Source: Minisyncoccia bacterium (lineage in GTDB: Bacteria > Patescibacteriota > Minisyncoccia > Phycocordibacterales > CAJBRS01). Taken from it: a DNA stretch of 64,000 nucleotides. How positions within the stretch are numbered: position 1 is the stretch's first letter; each line of letters starts with the position of its first letter. The translations under genes and the position numbers were made by a program. The stretch is taken from NCBI GenBank assembly GCA_038215155.1, contig JBBQRF010000003.1, forward strand, positions 65,904 to 129,903. The letters are read 5' to 3'. This document shows, piece by piece, positions 10,141 to 19,302 of the stretch. The notes under the pieces were generated by a model. It was not told the origin of the DNA. It made no database searches and worked only from the letters and a program-made list of their open reading frames with translations.

Positions 10141-11949
10141 ATGGATTTAAAACATATCAGAAATTTCTCTATTATCGCGCACATTGACCACGGGAAGTCG
10201 ACGCTTGCCGATAGAATGCTAGAAATTACTCATACAATTGAGAAGAGGAAGATGATGAATCAGGTCTTGGATAATATGGAGCTAGAGCGGGAAAAAGGCA
10301 TCACTATTAAGATGAGGCCGGTCAGAATGGAGTACCAGAATCCCGGAGATGGCCAAGGCTACATTTTAAATCTAATTGACACTCCCGGACACATCGACTT
10401 TTCTTACGAGGTCTCGCGTGCTTTAAAAGCAGTGGAAGGATCGCTACTATTGGTGGATGCTACACAGGGAGTGCAAGCTCAAACTCTTACTACCTTGGGT
10501 ATGGCGCGTAATTCTGGCATCACTATTATTCCAGTTTTATCTAAAGTAGATTCGCCACTTGCTAGAATTAAAGAAGTAAAAGAAGAAGTGTCGCGTCTTC
10601 TAAATTGTACACTGGAAAGTATTTTAGAGACTTCAGGAAAGACAGGAGAAGGAGTAGAAAATCTTTTAGAGGAGATTGTTAAGAGGGTACCTGCACCGAT
10701 TGAAGAAATACCCGATGGTGGTCCGGAAAAAAGTCTTCGTGCTTTGATTTTTGATTTTCAATATTCCAATCACAGAGGGGTAATTGTTTACGTGCGAGTA
10801 TTAGATGGTCAAGTAGCTAAAGGGCAAGAGCTACTATTTCGGGTTGCGGGAGAGAAATTCTTCGCTTTAGAAGTGGGTATTTTTAAACCAGAAGAAGCGC
10901 CGGCCGCCGCTATCGCGGCCGGCGAAATCGGCTACATAGTCACGGGCATTAAGAAACCAGGTATTGCCTCGGTCGGAGACACTGTCACCCTGCTTAAGAA
11001 GCCCTTAGCGGCCTTAGAGGGCTATGAACGCCCGGCGCCAGTAGTATGGGCCTCAATTTACCCAGAAGACGCCGATGACTTTGATTTACTACGCCAGGCT
11101 CTGGCAAGATTGCGCCTCTCCGATTCTTCTTTTTCATATGAAGAAGAAGCCTCAGGATCCTTGGGTCGCGGCTTCCGCTCTGGCTTTCTAGGCCTTCTTC
11201 ACTTAGAAATAATCACCGAAAGATTGAAGCGAGAATTTCGTTTAAAGCTCATTATTGCCACCCCCTCTATCACTTACGATATTAAATATAAAAACGGAAA
11301 GGCCGCCACTATTTACTCACCATCGCTTTTTCCCGAGCAAAATGAAATTGAAAGTATTTTAGAGCCATGGATGCTAATCCAAATTATTTCCCCCTCAGAC
11401 TATCTAGGTAAGATCACTCAACTTTTATATGAACACGAAGCGGAGCTTGAACACACAGAGACTTTCGGCGACAACCGCACTAATTTAATTGTTATGATGC
11501 CCCTACGTGAATTGATGCGGAACTTTTTTGATGAATTGAAGAGCGTTTCGTCGGGTTTTGCTTCGCTTTCATATGAATTTAAGGAAATGAGACCCGCTGA
11601 AGTCGCACGTCTAGATATTCTAGTGGCGGATGATCCCGTGGAAGCTTTTACTCGAGTAGTATCTATGCGCCGGGTCCAGGAAGAAGCGGAAAAAGCCGTA
11701 GAAAAACTTGCCGGGGTCTTGCCTCGTCAGATGTTCACCACTAAGATTCAGGGGCGCGCCATGGGACGTATCCTCGCTTCCCAAACCATTTCCGCGCTAC
11801 GGAAAGACGTGACAGGCTATTTATATGGAGGCGATATTACTCGAAAGATGAAACTCCTGGAAAAACAAAAGAAGGGCAAGAAGAAAATGAAAGAGCGAGG
11901 CAAGGTCAATATCCCTCACGAGACGTTCTTAAAGATGATGAAGAGCTAG
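10141..11949 (+). CDS. lepA: elongation factor 4
   Basis: IRNFSIIAHIDHGKSTLADR GTPase motifs and LepA-specific C-terminal domain. Confidence 0.9.
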   Translation: MDLKHIRNFSIIAHIDHGKSTLADRMLEITHTIEKRKMMNQVLDNMELEREKGITIKMRPVRMEYQNPGDGQGYILNLIDTPGHIDFSYEVSRALKAVEGSLLLVDATQGVQAQTLTTLGMARNSGITIIPVLSKVDSPLARIKEVKEEVSRLLNCTLESILETSGKTGEGVENLLEEIVKRVPAPIEEIPDGGPEKSLRALIFDFQYSNHRGVIVYVRVLDGQVAKGQELLFRVAGEKFFALEVGIFKPEEAPAAAIAAGEIGYIVTGIKKPGIASVGDTVTLLKKPLAALEGYERPAPVVWASIYPEDADDFDLLRQALARLRLSDSSFSYEEEASGSLGRGFRSGFLGLLHLEIITERLKREFRLKLIIATPSITYDIKYKNGKAATIYSPSLFPEQNEIESILEPWMLIQIISPSDYLGKITQLLYEHEAELEHTETFGDNRTNLIVMMPLRELMRNFFDELKSVSSGFASLSYEFKEMRPAEVARLDILVADDPVEAFTRVVSMRRVQEEAEKAVEKLAGVLPRQMFTTKIQGRAMGRILASQTISALRKDVTGYLYGGDITRKMKLLEKQKKGKKKMKERGKVNIPHETFLKMMKS

Positions 11950-11950
11950 G

Positions 11951-12060
11951 TCCGGAAAATCCGGATGCACCCTACAACTTTTAGCGAGGGTAAGACTTGG
12001 CCTAGCGGCCCGGAGCGCCCTCGATGAAAGTTCGTAGGTGCAGGAGGATTTTCAAGATTA
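11951..12060. repeat. REP-like long palindromic intergenic element, copy A (core loop in reverse orientation)
   Basis: stems cacctacaacttttagcgaggg / ccctcgatgaaagttcgtaggtg flank loop taagacttggcctagcggcccggagcgc, the reverse complement of the loop at 29022-29050 and 31260-31287. Confidence 0.7.
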
Positions 12061-12229
12061 CCCCTCTTACGAATTTGTGAGCCATTATGGGCGCATCTAC
12101 TGAAAGGCAGGGAAGTATAGAAGCACCATACTAAGAATGATGATTATGGCCAACACCGTCATCATTACTTGCAGTGCCTTGCGATGTTTAGGATGGAAAA
12201 GCATAGGAAATAATTATATCATAGGATAA

Positions 12230-12616
12230 ATGCGGCAATTCCAGGAACGTAAAAAAATTAAAAAACGCATCTACTCTAAACCGGTAGTAATAGCTTTAAT
12301 TATTATTTTAGCTCTCTTAATCCAGGCTACCTGGAAGATCTATTTGAAAGAACGTGAAAGCGCGGCAAATTTGGCCAAAACTGAAAACCAATTAAACCTT
12401 TTGAAGAGTCGCAGCAATGTTCTTAGTGAGGATTTGAATAAACTAACCACTAATCAAGGAGTGGAGGGGGAAATTCGCAGTAAATACGAAGTGGCAAAAT
12501 CAGGAGAACAAGTCATTGTCATTGTTGATAAAAACACCGCCACATCGTCGGCTGCTTCTGGTAATATTTTCGAGCGATGGTGGAGACACTTTCTCGATCT
12601 CTTTAAGAAAAAATAG
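12230..12616 (+). CDS. septum formation initiator family protein (FtsB/DivIC-like)
   Basis: basic N-terminus, single TM, coiled coil, EIRSKYEVAKSGEQVIVI C-terminal motif. Confidence 0.5.
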   Translation: MRQFQERKKIKKRIYSKPVVIALIIILALLIQATWKIYLKERESAANLAKTENQLNLLKSRSNVLSEDLNKLTTNQGVEGEIRSKYEVAKSGEQVIVIVDKNTATSSAASGNIFERWWRHFLDLFKKK

Positions 12617-12686
12617 CGAGATTAGTTTAGTGGCAAAACACGTGCTTCCCAAGCATGAAACGCGAGTTCGATTCTCGCATCTCGCA
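12616..12686 (+). tRNA. tRNA-Gly (anticodon CCC)
   Basis: cloverleaf GCGAGAT/ATCTCGC acceptor, anticodon loop CTTCCCAAG read manually. Confidence 0.85.
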
Positions 12687-12690
12687 CAAA

Positions 12691-12960
12691 ATGAAAAAAC
12701 ATCCCATAAAAATTCCGTATTATAAATCCCTTGAGAAATTGGCTGATAATATAGGAAATCTTCGTTATGATTTATTAGTGAAATTTCTTACTTATTTAGC
12801 AGAAAAAATCTATCAGGACGCCCTAAAAGATAAGTCGCGAGGCAGGCCGAAGTTGTCGCAGACTTTAAATAATAGCGCTAAGTATTTAAGATTAAGTAGG
12901 GACGAACTAAAGAGGGCGTGGAGGATATCTAAACCCTACATGAAGAAGGAATTAAAATGA
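12691..12960 (+). CDS. hypothetical small protein (start moved to MKKHPIKIPYY, downstream of the tRNA)
   Basis: ORF; the longer version overlaps tRNA-Gly on the same strand so the internal Met was chosen. Confidence 0.35.
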   Translation: MKKHPIKIPYYKSLEKLADNIGNLRYDLLVKFLTYLAEKIYQDALKDKSRGRPKLSQTLNNSAKYLRLSRDELKRAWRISKPYMKKELK

Positions 12961-13017
12961 GCGAAAATTTAATTTTTCTTTAAGATCTGTTCATACCAGA
13001 TTGTTTAGTATTATGGG

Positions 13018-13479
13018 ATGAAAAAACAATTAAAAAGAGGTTTTACATTAATAGAAATATTAGTTGTGATTGGCATTATTGCTATTTTGGCCGCGGTAGT
13101 CCTAATCGCGATTAACCCTGCGCGCCAATTTAAATTGGCGCGCGACTCCCAGCGTCAGAGCAACGTTACCGCCATTTTAAACGCCGTTGGCCAGGATTTA
13201 GCAGAAAATAGGGGAGTCTTTAGTTGCGGCAGCGCTTCTACTAGTTTGCCGACTGCAGAGGCCGTGATGAAAAGTAGTGGTGGTTTTGACCTTGCTCCTT
13301 GCCTAGTAACCACTTATTTATCTTCCTTGCCATTTGATCCCAGCGCTCCAGGAGCCCATTACAATAGTAATTCGGATTATGATACTGGCTACTCGATCTT
13401 CACTGATAATGATGGCCGAGTGACGGTCAAAGCTCCGTTTACTGAGTTAGCTAATCCGAAAATTTCCGTTACTCGATAA
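13018..13479 (+). CDS. type IV pilin / prepilin-type N-terminal cleavage-methylation domain protein
   Basis: MKKQLKRGFTLIEILVVIGIIAILAAVVLIAI class III signal peptide. Confidence 0.7.
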   Translation: MKKQLKRGFTLIEILVVIGIIAILAAVVLIAINPARQFKLARDSQRQSNVTAILNAVGQDLAENRGVFSCGSASTSLPTAEAVMKSSGGFDLAPCLVTTYLSSLPFDPSAPGAHYNSNSDYDTGYSIFTDNDGRVTVKAPFTELANPKISVTR

Positions 13480-13483
13480 AATA

Positions 13484-13861
13484 TTAATATGATTGATCGA
13501 CTTCAAAATTATTATACATATTTTCCTCGGCCAGGCGGTTAGTTTCGGGAAGGATAGTCTCATCTTCTACTAAGGGTGCATTTTTATCCCGACTGACAAA
13601 ATTAAAAGATAACGATTCTTCTCCTTTCGTTACTTCATCCGAATAACGAAAGACAAGTCGATCTGCCTCAAAAATATCAAAAAATTCCTCCCAGCCAATA
13701 GATTGCCCATTGTCTATGCCAGGACCGAAATTTATTCTTAATACACCCTTACCACTACTATCTTCCGTGTTACCTCCAATAGCAGGGGTACCACCCCATT
13801 TCAAAACCCAATTTTTAATGATTTCGTGGTCTGTGGTGGCGTGCATGAAATTATCATTCAT
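13484..13861 (-). CDS. hypothetical protein
   Basis: 125 aa acidic ORF, no recognisable family. Confidence 0.35.
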   Translation of the reverse strand: MNDNFMHATTDHEIIKNWVLKWGGTPAIGGNTEDSSGKGVLRINFGPGIDNGQSIGWEEFFDIFEADRLVFRYSDEVTKGEESLSFNFVSRDKNAPLVEDETILPETNRLAEENMYNNFEVDQSY

Positions 13862-13923
13862 CTTATACCTAGAGAGACGTTAAATTTGCCTCAATCTTTC
13901 AGGATTTGCTATACTAGAGGCCT

Positions 13924-14157
13924 ATGAAAAACGTATCAATTTACACCACTGACACTTGCACCTATTGCAAGATGGCAAAAGCTTTATTTAATGAACACAA
14001 TATTCCATTTAAGGAATTCAATGTAGGTACCGATTTAGAGAAAAGGCAGGAAATGATTGATAAAAGTGGTCAGCTTGGAGTACCCGTCATTGTAGTGGAC
14101 GATGAAGTAATGGTAGGTTTTGACGCGGATACTTTAAAGCAAACTCTAGGAGTCTAA
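13924..14157 (+). CDS. nrdH: glutaredoxin-like protein (NrdH-type redoxin)
   Basis: 77 aa, CTYC redox motif at the start, GVPVIVVDDEVMVGF tail. Confidence 0.75.
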   Translation: MKNVSIYTTDTCTYCKMAKALFNEHNIPFKEFNVGTDLEKRQEMIDKSGQLGVPVIVVDDEVMVGFDADTLKQTLGV

Positions 14158-14170
14158 TCGTCTAACTTCG

Positions 14171-14242
14171 GCCCTCGTAGTTCAATGGATAGAACAGATC
14201 CGTCCTAAGGATTAGATGTCAGTTCGATTCTGGCCGAGGGCA
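14171..14242 (+). tRNA. tRNA-Arg (anticodon CCT)
   Basis: acceptor GCCCTCG/CGAGGGC, anticodon loop GTCCTAA, T-loop TTCGATT. Confidence 0.85.
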
Positions 14243-14248
14243 CCTCAT

Positions 14249-15097
14249 ATGATTTTAATTACTAAACCCTCAAAGGATTACGAACTTCTTGATAGTGGGG
14301 AAGGAGAAAAGCTGGAACGATATGGCCAAGTTATTTTGCGACGACCGGATCCGCAGGCACTGTGGCCAAAAAAAATGGATGAAAAGGAGTGGGGGAAAGC
14401 CACCGCCACTTTTAGCGGCGGCGGCCGCGAAAAAGGAAGCTGGAAATTTGCCGAAAAAATACCTGAAGGTTGGCCTATTAAATTAGGTGATTTAAAATTC
14501 TTAATTAAACCAACCCCTTTTAAACACACTGGCCTTTTTCCTGAACAACTTGCTAATTGGCAGTGGATTGAAAAACAAGAAGCCACCTCAGTCCTAAATC
14601 TTTTTGGCTACACTGGCGGCGCCACCTTGGCAGCCGCCAAAGGTGGCGCTACCGTAATTCATTTGGATGGCTCACGTTCAGCTATTAATTGGGCTAAACA
14701 GAATGCCGAAATATCTGGATTAAAAGCGGCGCCTATTCGTTGGATTTTAGACGACGCTCGAAAATTTCTAAAACGCGAAATAAAGAGGGGTAATAAGTAT
14801 GAAGGTATTATTATGGACCCTCCCGCTTTTGGTCATGGCCCAAATAAAGAAGTATGGAAAATAGAAGAACATTTTTTAGATCTACTACAACATTCTTTCC
14901 AAGTTTTATCTGACCAGCCACTTTTCTTTTTAATTAATGGTTACGCTTCCGGCTATTCAGCTCTGGCTTATGAAAACAATTTGCTACCTCTCGTGTCTAA
15001 ATTTGGTGGAAATATTGAAAGTGGGGAATTAACTATTGAAGAGCAGGGAAGTGGCCGGCTATTACCGTGCGGAATTTTCGCAAGGTGGAAAAAGTAG
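14249..15097 (+). CDS. class I SAM-dependent (rRNA) methyltransferase, RlmI-like with DPPxF motif
   Basis: start moved to MILITKP to clear the tRNA; GYTGGATLAAAKGGA SAM-binding and IIMDPPAFGHGP catalytic motif. Confidence 0.55.
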   Translation: MILITKPSKDYELLDSGEGEKLERYGQVILRRPDPQALWPKKMDEKEWGKATATFSGGGREKGSWKFAEKIPEGWPIKLGDLKFLIKPTPFKHTGLFPEQLANWQWIEKQEATSVLNLFGYTGGATLAAAKGGATVIHLDGSRSAINWAKQNAEISGLKAAPIRWILDDARKFLKREIKRGNKYEGIIMDPPAFGHGPNKEVWKIEEHFLDLLQHSFQVLSDQPLFFLINGYASGYSALAYENNLLPLVSKFGGNIESGELTIEEQGSGRLLPCGIFARWKK

Positions 15098-15191
15098 CGA
15101 TAGAGGCGGAAAATATTTCACAAAGTCGGATCTTCGATGCTAAGGCTTCGTGCCACAGAATTGCTAAAGCAATCACCCATACAGCACCAAT

Positions 15192-15220
15192 AAAACAGTC
15201 CCCAAAACGGGGACTATTTT
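15192..15220 (-). terminator. terminator hairpin downstream of tRNA-Phe
   Basis: gtcccc aaaac ggggac followed by a T-run on the minus strand. Confidence 0.6.
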
Positions 15221-15222
15221 AT

Positions 15223-15298
15223 TGGTGCTGGGGGGCGGGCTCGAACCGCCGACCCCTTGCTCTTCAGGCAAATGCTCTACCAACTGAGCTACCCCAGC
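15223..15298 (-). tRNA. tRNA-Phe (anticodon GAA), CCA encoded
   Basis: reverse complement GCTGGGGTAGCTCAGTTGGTAGAGC..CTGAAGA..GGTTCGAGCCCGCCCCCAGCACCA. Confidence 0.9.
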
Positions 15299-15556
15299 TT
15301 ATGGTTTATTAAAAAAGGAGCTGAAGCTACTCGGGAATGAATGGCCAGTGATTAACTGATAGGTGTGGGTCAAACTGTCTAAAACTGGCTTAAAATAATA
15401 ATAAAACCCAATTGTAGCCCCAATCACTATAACCCATTTAATCATCGAAAACCAGAAAGCCACCTGGCTCCGCCGCTCTAGTCGTCGAAGCCTTCGGCTA
15501 TTATCTTCCAAGAGGCGATTATTTTCTTCTAAAAGGATGTGAAATTTTGGATCCAT
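15299..15556 (-). CDS. hypothetical small membrane protein
   Basis: 85 aa ORF with one TM; reality uncertain. Confidence 0.3.
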   Translation of the reverse strand: MDPKFHILLEENNRLLEDNSRRLRRLERRSQVAFWFSMIKWVIVIGATIGFYYYFKPVLDSLTHTYQLITGHSFPSSFSSFFNKP

Positions 15557-16044
15557 TAGGATGCACGAACTCGAAGCTTAGTTTGCCTTTCTTTATCTAT
15601 CTTCGGTAATTTAATAATTAATAGTCCCTGGGTTTCAATAGCCTCAGCTCCCTCAATCTCAATTTCGTGGGGTAGAAGTACTGTCCGAGAGAATGCTCCC
15701 CAGTATAATTCTTTGTGAAAATAATCTTGCTCGGAAATTCCAGCTTCTTCATTTCGTCGGCCTTTAACTGTAACCATGTCGCGAGTGATAGAAATATCTA
15801 AATCTTCTCTTTTAACTCCTGCAACCATGGTTTTAATAATTATTTCTCGGGCCGTCTGATAAACATCCACGGCTAACTCTCCTTCGCCTGTATCTTCCTC
15901 TAACCAATTACTGGTAGCCTTCTCTCTGTTAGAAGTGATAGGCGGGTTAAAGCCGCGCTCTGGTGGAGCGGGTGTTTCCTCTTCATAATCGTCCACATTA
16001 ATACTGCCTGTCAGTCTTTCAAAAAATGATTTTTTTTCTTTCAT
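15556..16044 (-). CDS. Hsp20/alpha-crystallin family small heat shock protein
   Basis: alpha-crystallin domain GELAVDVYQT..KREDLDISI..GAFSRTVLLPHEIE. Confidence 0.8.
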   Translation of the reverse strand: MKEKKSFFERLTGSINVDDYEEETPAPPERGFNPPITSNREKATSNWLEEDTGEGELAVDVYQTAREIIIKTMVAGVKREDLDISITRDMVTVKGRRNEEAGISEQDYFHKELYWGAFSRTVLLPHEIEIEGAEAIETQGLLIIKLPKIDKERQTKLRVRAS

Positions 16045-16049
16045 ATAAT

Positions 16050-16817
16050 TTACTCTTTAGAAGATTTTAATTGTTTGATTTTCTCTAAGACTAAAATAAG
16101 TGCGATGATTCCCAGCCAGACAATTCCGAAGATTATTAACAAGCCTTGTCCTGCTTTAATTATAAAAAAATTGAAGAGAGCATGCAAGCCAATGGCCAAT
16201 ATGATACCGACTATTAAATAGAGCTTTTTTTGCCACCTCGGTTTGTAAAAACTGAAAGCAATAGAGATACCAATTATGGCGGAGCTAGTGATGTGGAGGA
16301 GGTTAGCACCAATAAAACGTAAATTTCCCGTGACCACACTGCCGACGATATTATTTTGAAGAAGGGGGGTGTTGAGGAAGAAGGTGTTTTCAAGCGCCGC
16401 GAACCCTAGCGCGGCGCTGATTAAATAAATAACGGCATCAATCGGTTCGTCGTTGTACCTGGTATTAAGGCAGCTTATGTAGGCCGCACCATATTTAAAT
16501 AACTCTTCCACTGTGGCAAATAACAAGAAAGTTACGAGAGAAGCCTCGCCGACAGTCATTTGAATGACTCGCTCTAGCCCCACTGCCACAATAACGGCAA
16601 TCATCCCAGCTCCAAATGAACGCAGGATGATTTTCTTTGGCTCAGGGTGAAGACGGTCTTCTTGAATCCAAAAATAAAGCCAGACTAAAGAAGGAACGAT
16701 TCCACCAAGGACGGCCCATAAGGCGGTGGCAGGATGTTGAATGATAAAAACTAGGGCAGCGGCAATAATTACCAAGGGATAAAGCAAGAAAGATAGAATT
16801 GTAATTATAGTACTCAT
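16050..16817 (-). CDS. PrsW family intramembrane metalloprotease
   Basis: polytopic membrane protein with EELFKYGAAY and GLHALFNFFI motifs. Confidence 0.6.
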   Translation of the reverse strand: MSTIITILSFLLYPLVIIAAALVFIIQHPATALWAVLGGIVPSLVWLYFWIQEDRLHPEPKKIILRSFGAGMIAVIVAVGLERVIQMTVGEASLVTFLLFATVEELFKYGAAYISCLNTRYNDEPIDAVIYLISAALGFAALENTFFLNTPLLQNNIVGSVVTGNLRFIGANLLHITSSAIIGISIAFSFYKPRWQKKLYLIVGIILAIGLHALFNFFIIKAGQGLLIIFGIVWLGIIALILVLEKIKQLKSSKE

Positions 16818-18874
16818 AACTTAGGCCAATTAGCCACCATTAATATTTGAGAATCACGGTCCGGCAAAAGTGACCAGATTTCCTCAGTGATAAAAGGCAT
16901 GAATGGATGAAGCAGCTTTAATATAGTAGTTAAGGTTAAACCTAATAGCTCCTTATTTTCCTCCGAATTTTCTTTCTTGGATTCTTCAATGAAGTGGTCA
17001 GCAAAATCATGCCAAATAAAATCGTAAAGAGAATGGGCAGCATTGCCAAATTGGTAGGTCTCGATATTTTTAGAGACTTCCCCAACAGTATTATGAAGTT
17101 TAGCCAGGAATGTTTGATTGACTGGCTCTGTGGCGGAAAAATTTTCTAGATTAGCTGAGAAAATTTTTCCATCTGTTTTATCTAAAACAAACCTACTTAT
17201 ATTCCAAAGTTTATTAGAGAACTTTTTCCCCATATTAATAGCATCTTCACTGAATCGGATTTCTTGTCCTCCAAACTCCTGAAAGATTATGCCAAAACGG
17301 GTAGCATCCGCGCCATATTTTTCAATAAACTCTAAAGGATCAAGACCAGTGCCGAGAGACTTACTCATTCTTTTGCCGTCTTTAGTCAAAATAGTGGCGT
17401 GAATCAGAACATCTTTGAATGGAACCTCACCAGTGAACTCTAATCCCGAAAAAATCATTCGGGAAATCCACTGATGTAAAATGTCGCGAGCCGAGGTAAT
17501 AAAATTAGTTGGATAGAAGTTTGCCAGATCCGGTGCAACACCAGAGGGCCACCCCAGGGTGGCAAATGGCCATAGGGCTGAAGAAAACCAAGTATCAAAA
17601 GTATCTTCACTTTCCGCTAGAGGAATTTTGTGTCCCCACCAGATTTGTCGGGAAATACACCAATCCTTTATATTACGAAGCCAATCGAGCGAAATTTCTT
17701 TCCAACGCTCTGGGTAATAGTTAACTTCGCCAGCCTCAATAGCGGCAATAGCTTTTTCTGCCAGTGGTTTCATATTCAGGAACCACTGTTTAGAAAGCAT
17801 GGGTTCAATAGTGGAACCACAACGATAGCATTTAGCCACGTTGTGAGTAAATTCCTCTTCTTTTTCAATTAGATTAAGGGTGCGAAGACTCTCTAAGATT
17901 TTCTCACGAGCGGCGGCGATTTTCAGACCATCAAAATCGTCGCCGCTATTAATAATTTTCCCAACCTCATTGATAACCTTAAGGTAGGGGAGCTGATGTT
18001 CTTCAGCCAGACGACTGTCAAACATGTCGTGGGCAGGAGTAACTTTTACTGCGCCCGTGCCAAAATCTTTTTCTATTTGCCTGTCTGAGATGATCGGAAT
18101 TTTCCTATTCACTATTGGTAAAATAATATTTTTGCCGATTAGCTCTAAATACCTTTCATCAGTTGGATTAACAGCAACCGCACTATCTCCCAACATAGTT
18201 TCTGGTCGGGTAGTAGCAATAGTTATAAAATTTTTAGAATCTTCAATAGGATATTTTATAAACCAGAGTTTCCCTTTCTCTTCTTCATATTCAAGCTCGA
18301 GATCGGAAAGTGCTGTTTGGTCTTTAATACACCAATTAATAACTCGTTCACCCTGATAGATTAATCCCTTTTTGTAATATTGCTGGAAGGCGCTCTTGAC
18401 TGCCTCCTGATATTTTTCATCCATCGTAAATCGTAGACGCGACCAATCTAGTGAGGCGCCTAATGCTCGCATCTGCTCTAAGATTGTATTGCCATACTTA
18501 TCCTTCCATTCCCATATTTTTTCTAGAAACTTTTCCTTACCTAAGTCGTGGCGAGTAATATTCTCTTTCTTAAGACTTTTTTCCACCACATTTTGAGTAG
18601 CGATGCCAGCATGATCTGTGCCAGGAAGCCACAGAGTTTTGAATCCACGCATCCGGTGGTAACGAATTAAAATATCAGAAATAGTATTTTCCAAGGCATG
18701 ACCCATATGAAGCGAGCCGGTAATATTCGGGGGAGCAATCATAATTGTGTATGGCGTGGCTCGAGCCCCGGGTAAATTGTCGGGATTAAAAAAACCGCTC
18801 GCTTCCCATGCTTGGTAGACGCGAGACTCTGTTTCCTTAGGATTGTATGGCTTTAGTAATTTCTCAGGGATCAT
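16814..18874 (-). CDS. valS: valine--tRNA ligase (short form lacking C-terminal coiled coil)
   Basis: PPNITGSLHMGHALENTISDILIRYHRMRG HIGH region, KMSKSLGT, editing domain. Confidence 0.85.
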   Translation of the reverse strand: MIPEKLLKPYNPKETESRVYQAWEASGFFNPDNLPGARATPYTIMIAPPNITGSLHMGHALENTISDILIRYHRMRGFKTLWLPGTDHAGIATQNVVEKSLKKENITRHDLGKEKFLEKIWEWKDKYGNTILEQMRALGASLDWSRLRFTMDEKYQEAVKSAFQQYYKKGLIYQGERVINWCIKDQTALSDLELEYEEEKGKLWFIKYPIEDSKNFITIATTRPETMLGDSAVAVNPTDERYLELIGKNIILPIVNRKIPIISDRQIEKDFGTGAVKVTPAHDMFDSRLAEEHQLPYLKVINEVGKIINSGDDFDGLKIAAAREKILESLRTLNLIEKEEEFTHNVAKCYRCGSTIEPMLSKQWFLNMKPLAEKAIAAIEAGEVNYYPERWKEISLDWLRNIKDWCISRQIWWGHKIPLAESEDTFDTWFSSALWPFATLGWPSGVAPDLANFYPTNFITSARDILHQWISRMIFSGLEFTGEVPFKDVLIHATILTKDGKRMSKSLGTGLDPLEFIEKYGADATRFGIIFQEFGGQEIRFSEDAINMGKKFSNKLWNISRFVLDKTDGKIFSANLENFSATEPVNQTFLAKLHNTVGEVSKNIETYQFGNAAHSLYDFIWHDFADHFIEESKKENSEENKELLGLTLTTILKLLHPFMPFITEEIWSLLPDRDSQILMVANWPKL

Positions 18875-19270
18875 TAAAAAGGCTGAAAATATTAAGTTAG
18901 ATAAATTTTAGCAAAAATGCTGAGTTTTAGGAATAAAAAGAAAAAGCGCCGCTCTCTATTGAAAGTGGCACTTTTGATACTTAAGAACAAAATTTGATCC
19001 TCGGTTACCTGGGAACTCGGTCGAAACGTTTTCCAACGTCTCTTTTACCGAGCCCCAGGAGGCCGAGAAGATTTACCCGCGCCGCCTAGGGGCTTGGTCG
19101 TAGGCGGCGGCGCGGGCGTTCGAGCAGGCAGCGAGGGAGGACGCGGTAGGGACGTCCGGCACTAGACCGTAGTATCACGAACGGTTGTCGATGCCATATG
19201 CCGCCTGCAAACTTGGCTCGAAATTAGCCCTCGATGAGCAAATTCGGCCACTAATTGTGTAGCTTTCGAC

Positions 19271-19298
19271 AGTATAGCACACCACACCAAATAGTCAA
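19271..19298 (-). promoter_or_regulatory. sigma70-like promoter TTGACT-N16-TATACT directly after the tsaD stop
   Basis: minus strand reads ttgactatttggtgtggtgtgctatact; drives the GC-rich RNA region toward valS. Confidence 0.5.
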
Positions 19299-19302
19299 GG
19301 CC

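Noticed and set aside
12516-12725. 69-aa ORF overlapping tRNA-Gly
   Set aside because: Lies across a tRNA gene on the same strand; no protein-like features.
15067-15312. 81-aa ORF overlapping tRNA-Phe (opposite strand)
   Set aside because: Reading frame is the antisense of a tRNA and its terminator; spurious.
18936-19298. tmRNA hypothesis for the GC-rich RNA between tsaD and valS
   Set aside because: Could not find a resume codon + tag ending in (A/V)AA-stop, a GGGG..UUCGAC 5' domain, or a T-arm/CCA 3' end on either strand. Kept only as an unassigned structured RNA.
18936-19298. T-box riboswitch for valS
   Set aside because: Best T-box-like stretch (CCAGGUAACCGAGG) matches the consensus poorly, and no local terminator helix competes with it. 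Not called, only listed as a possibility.
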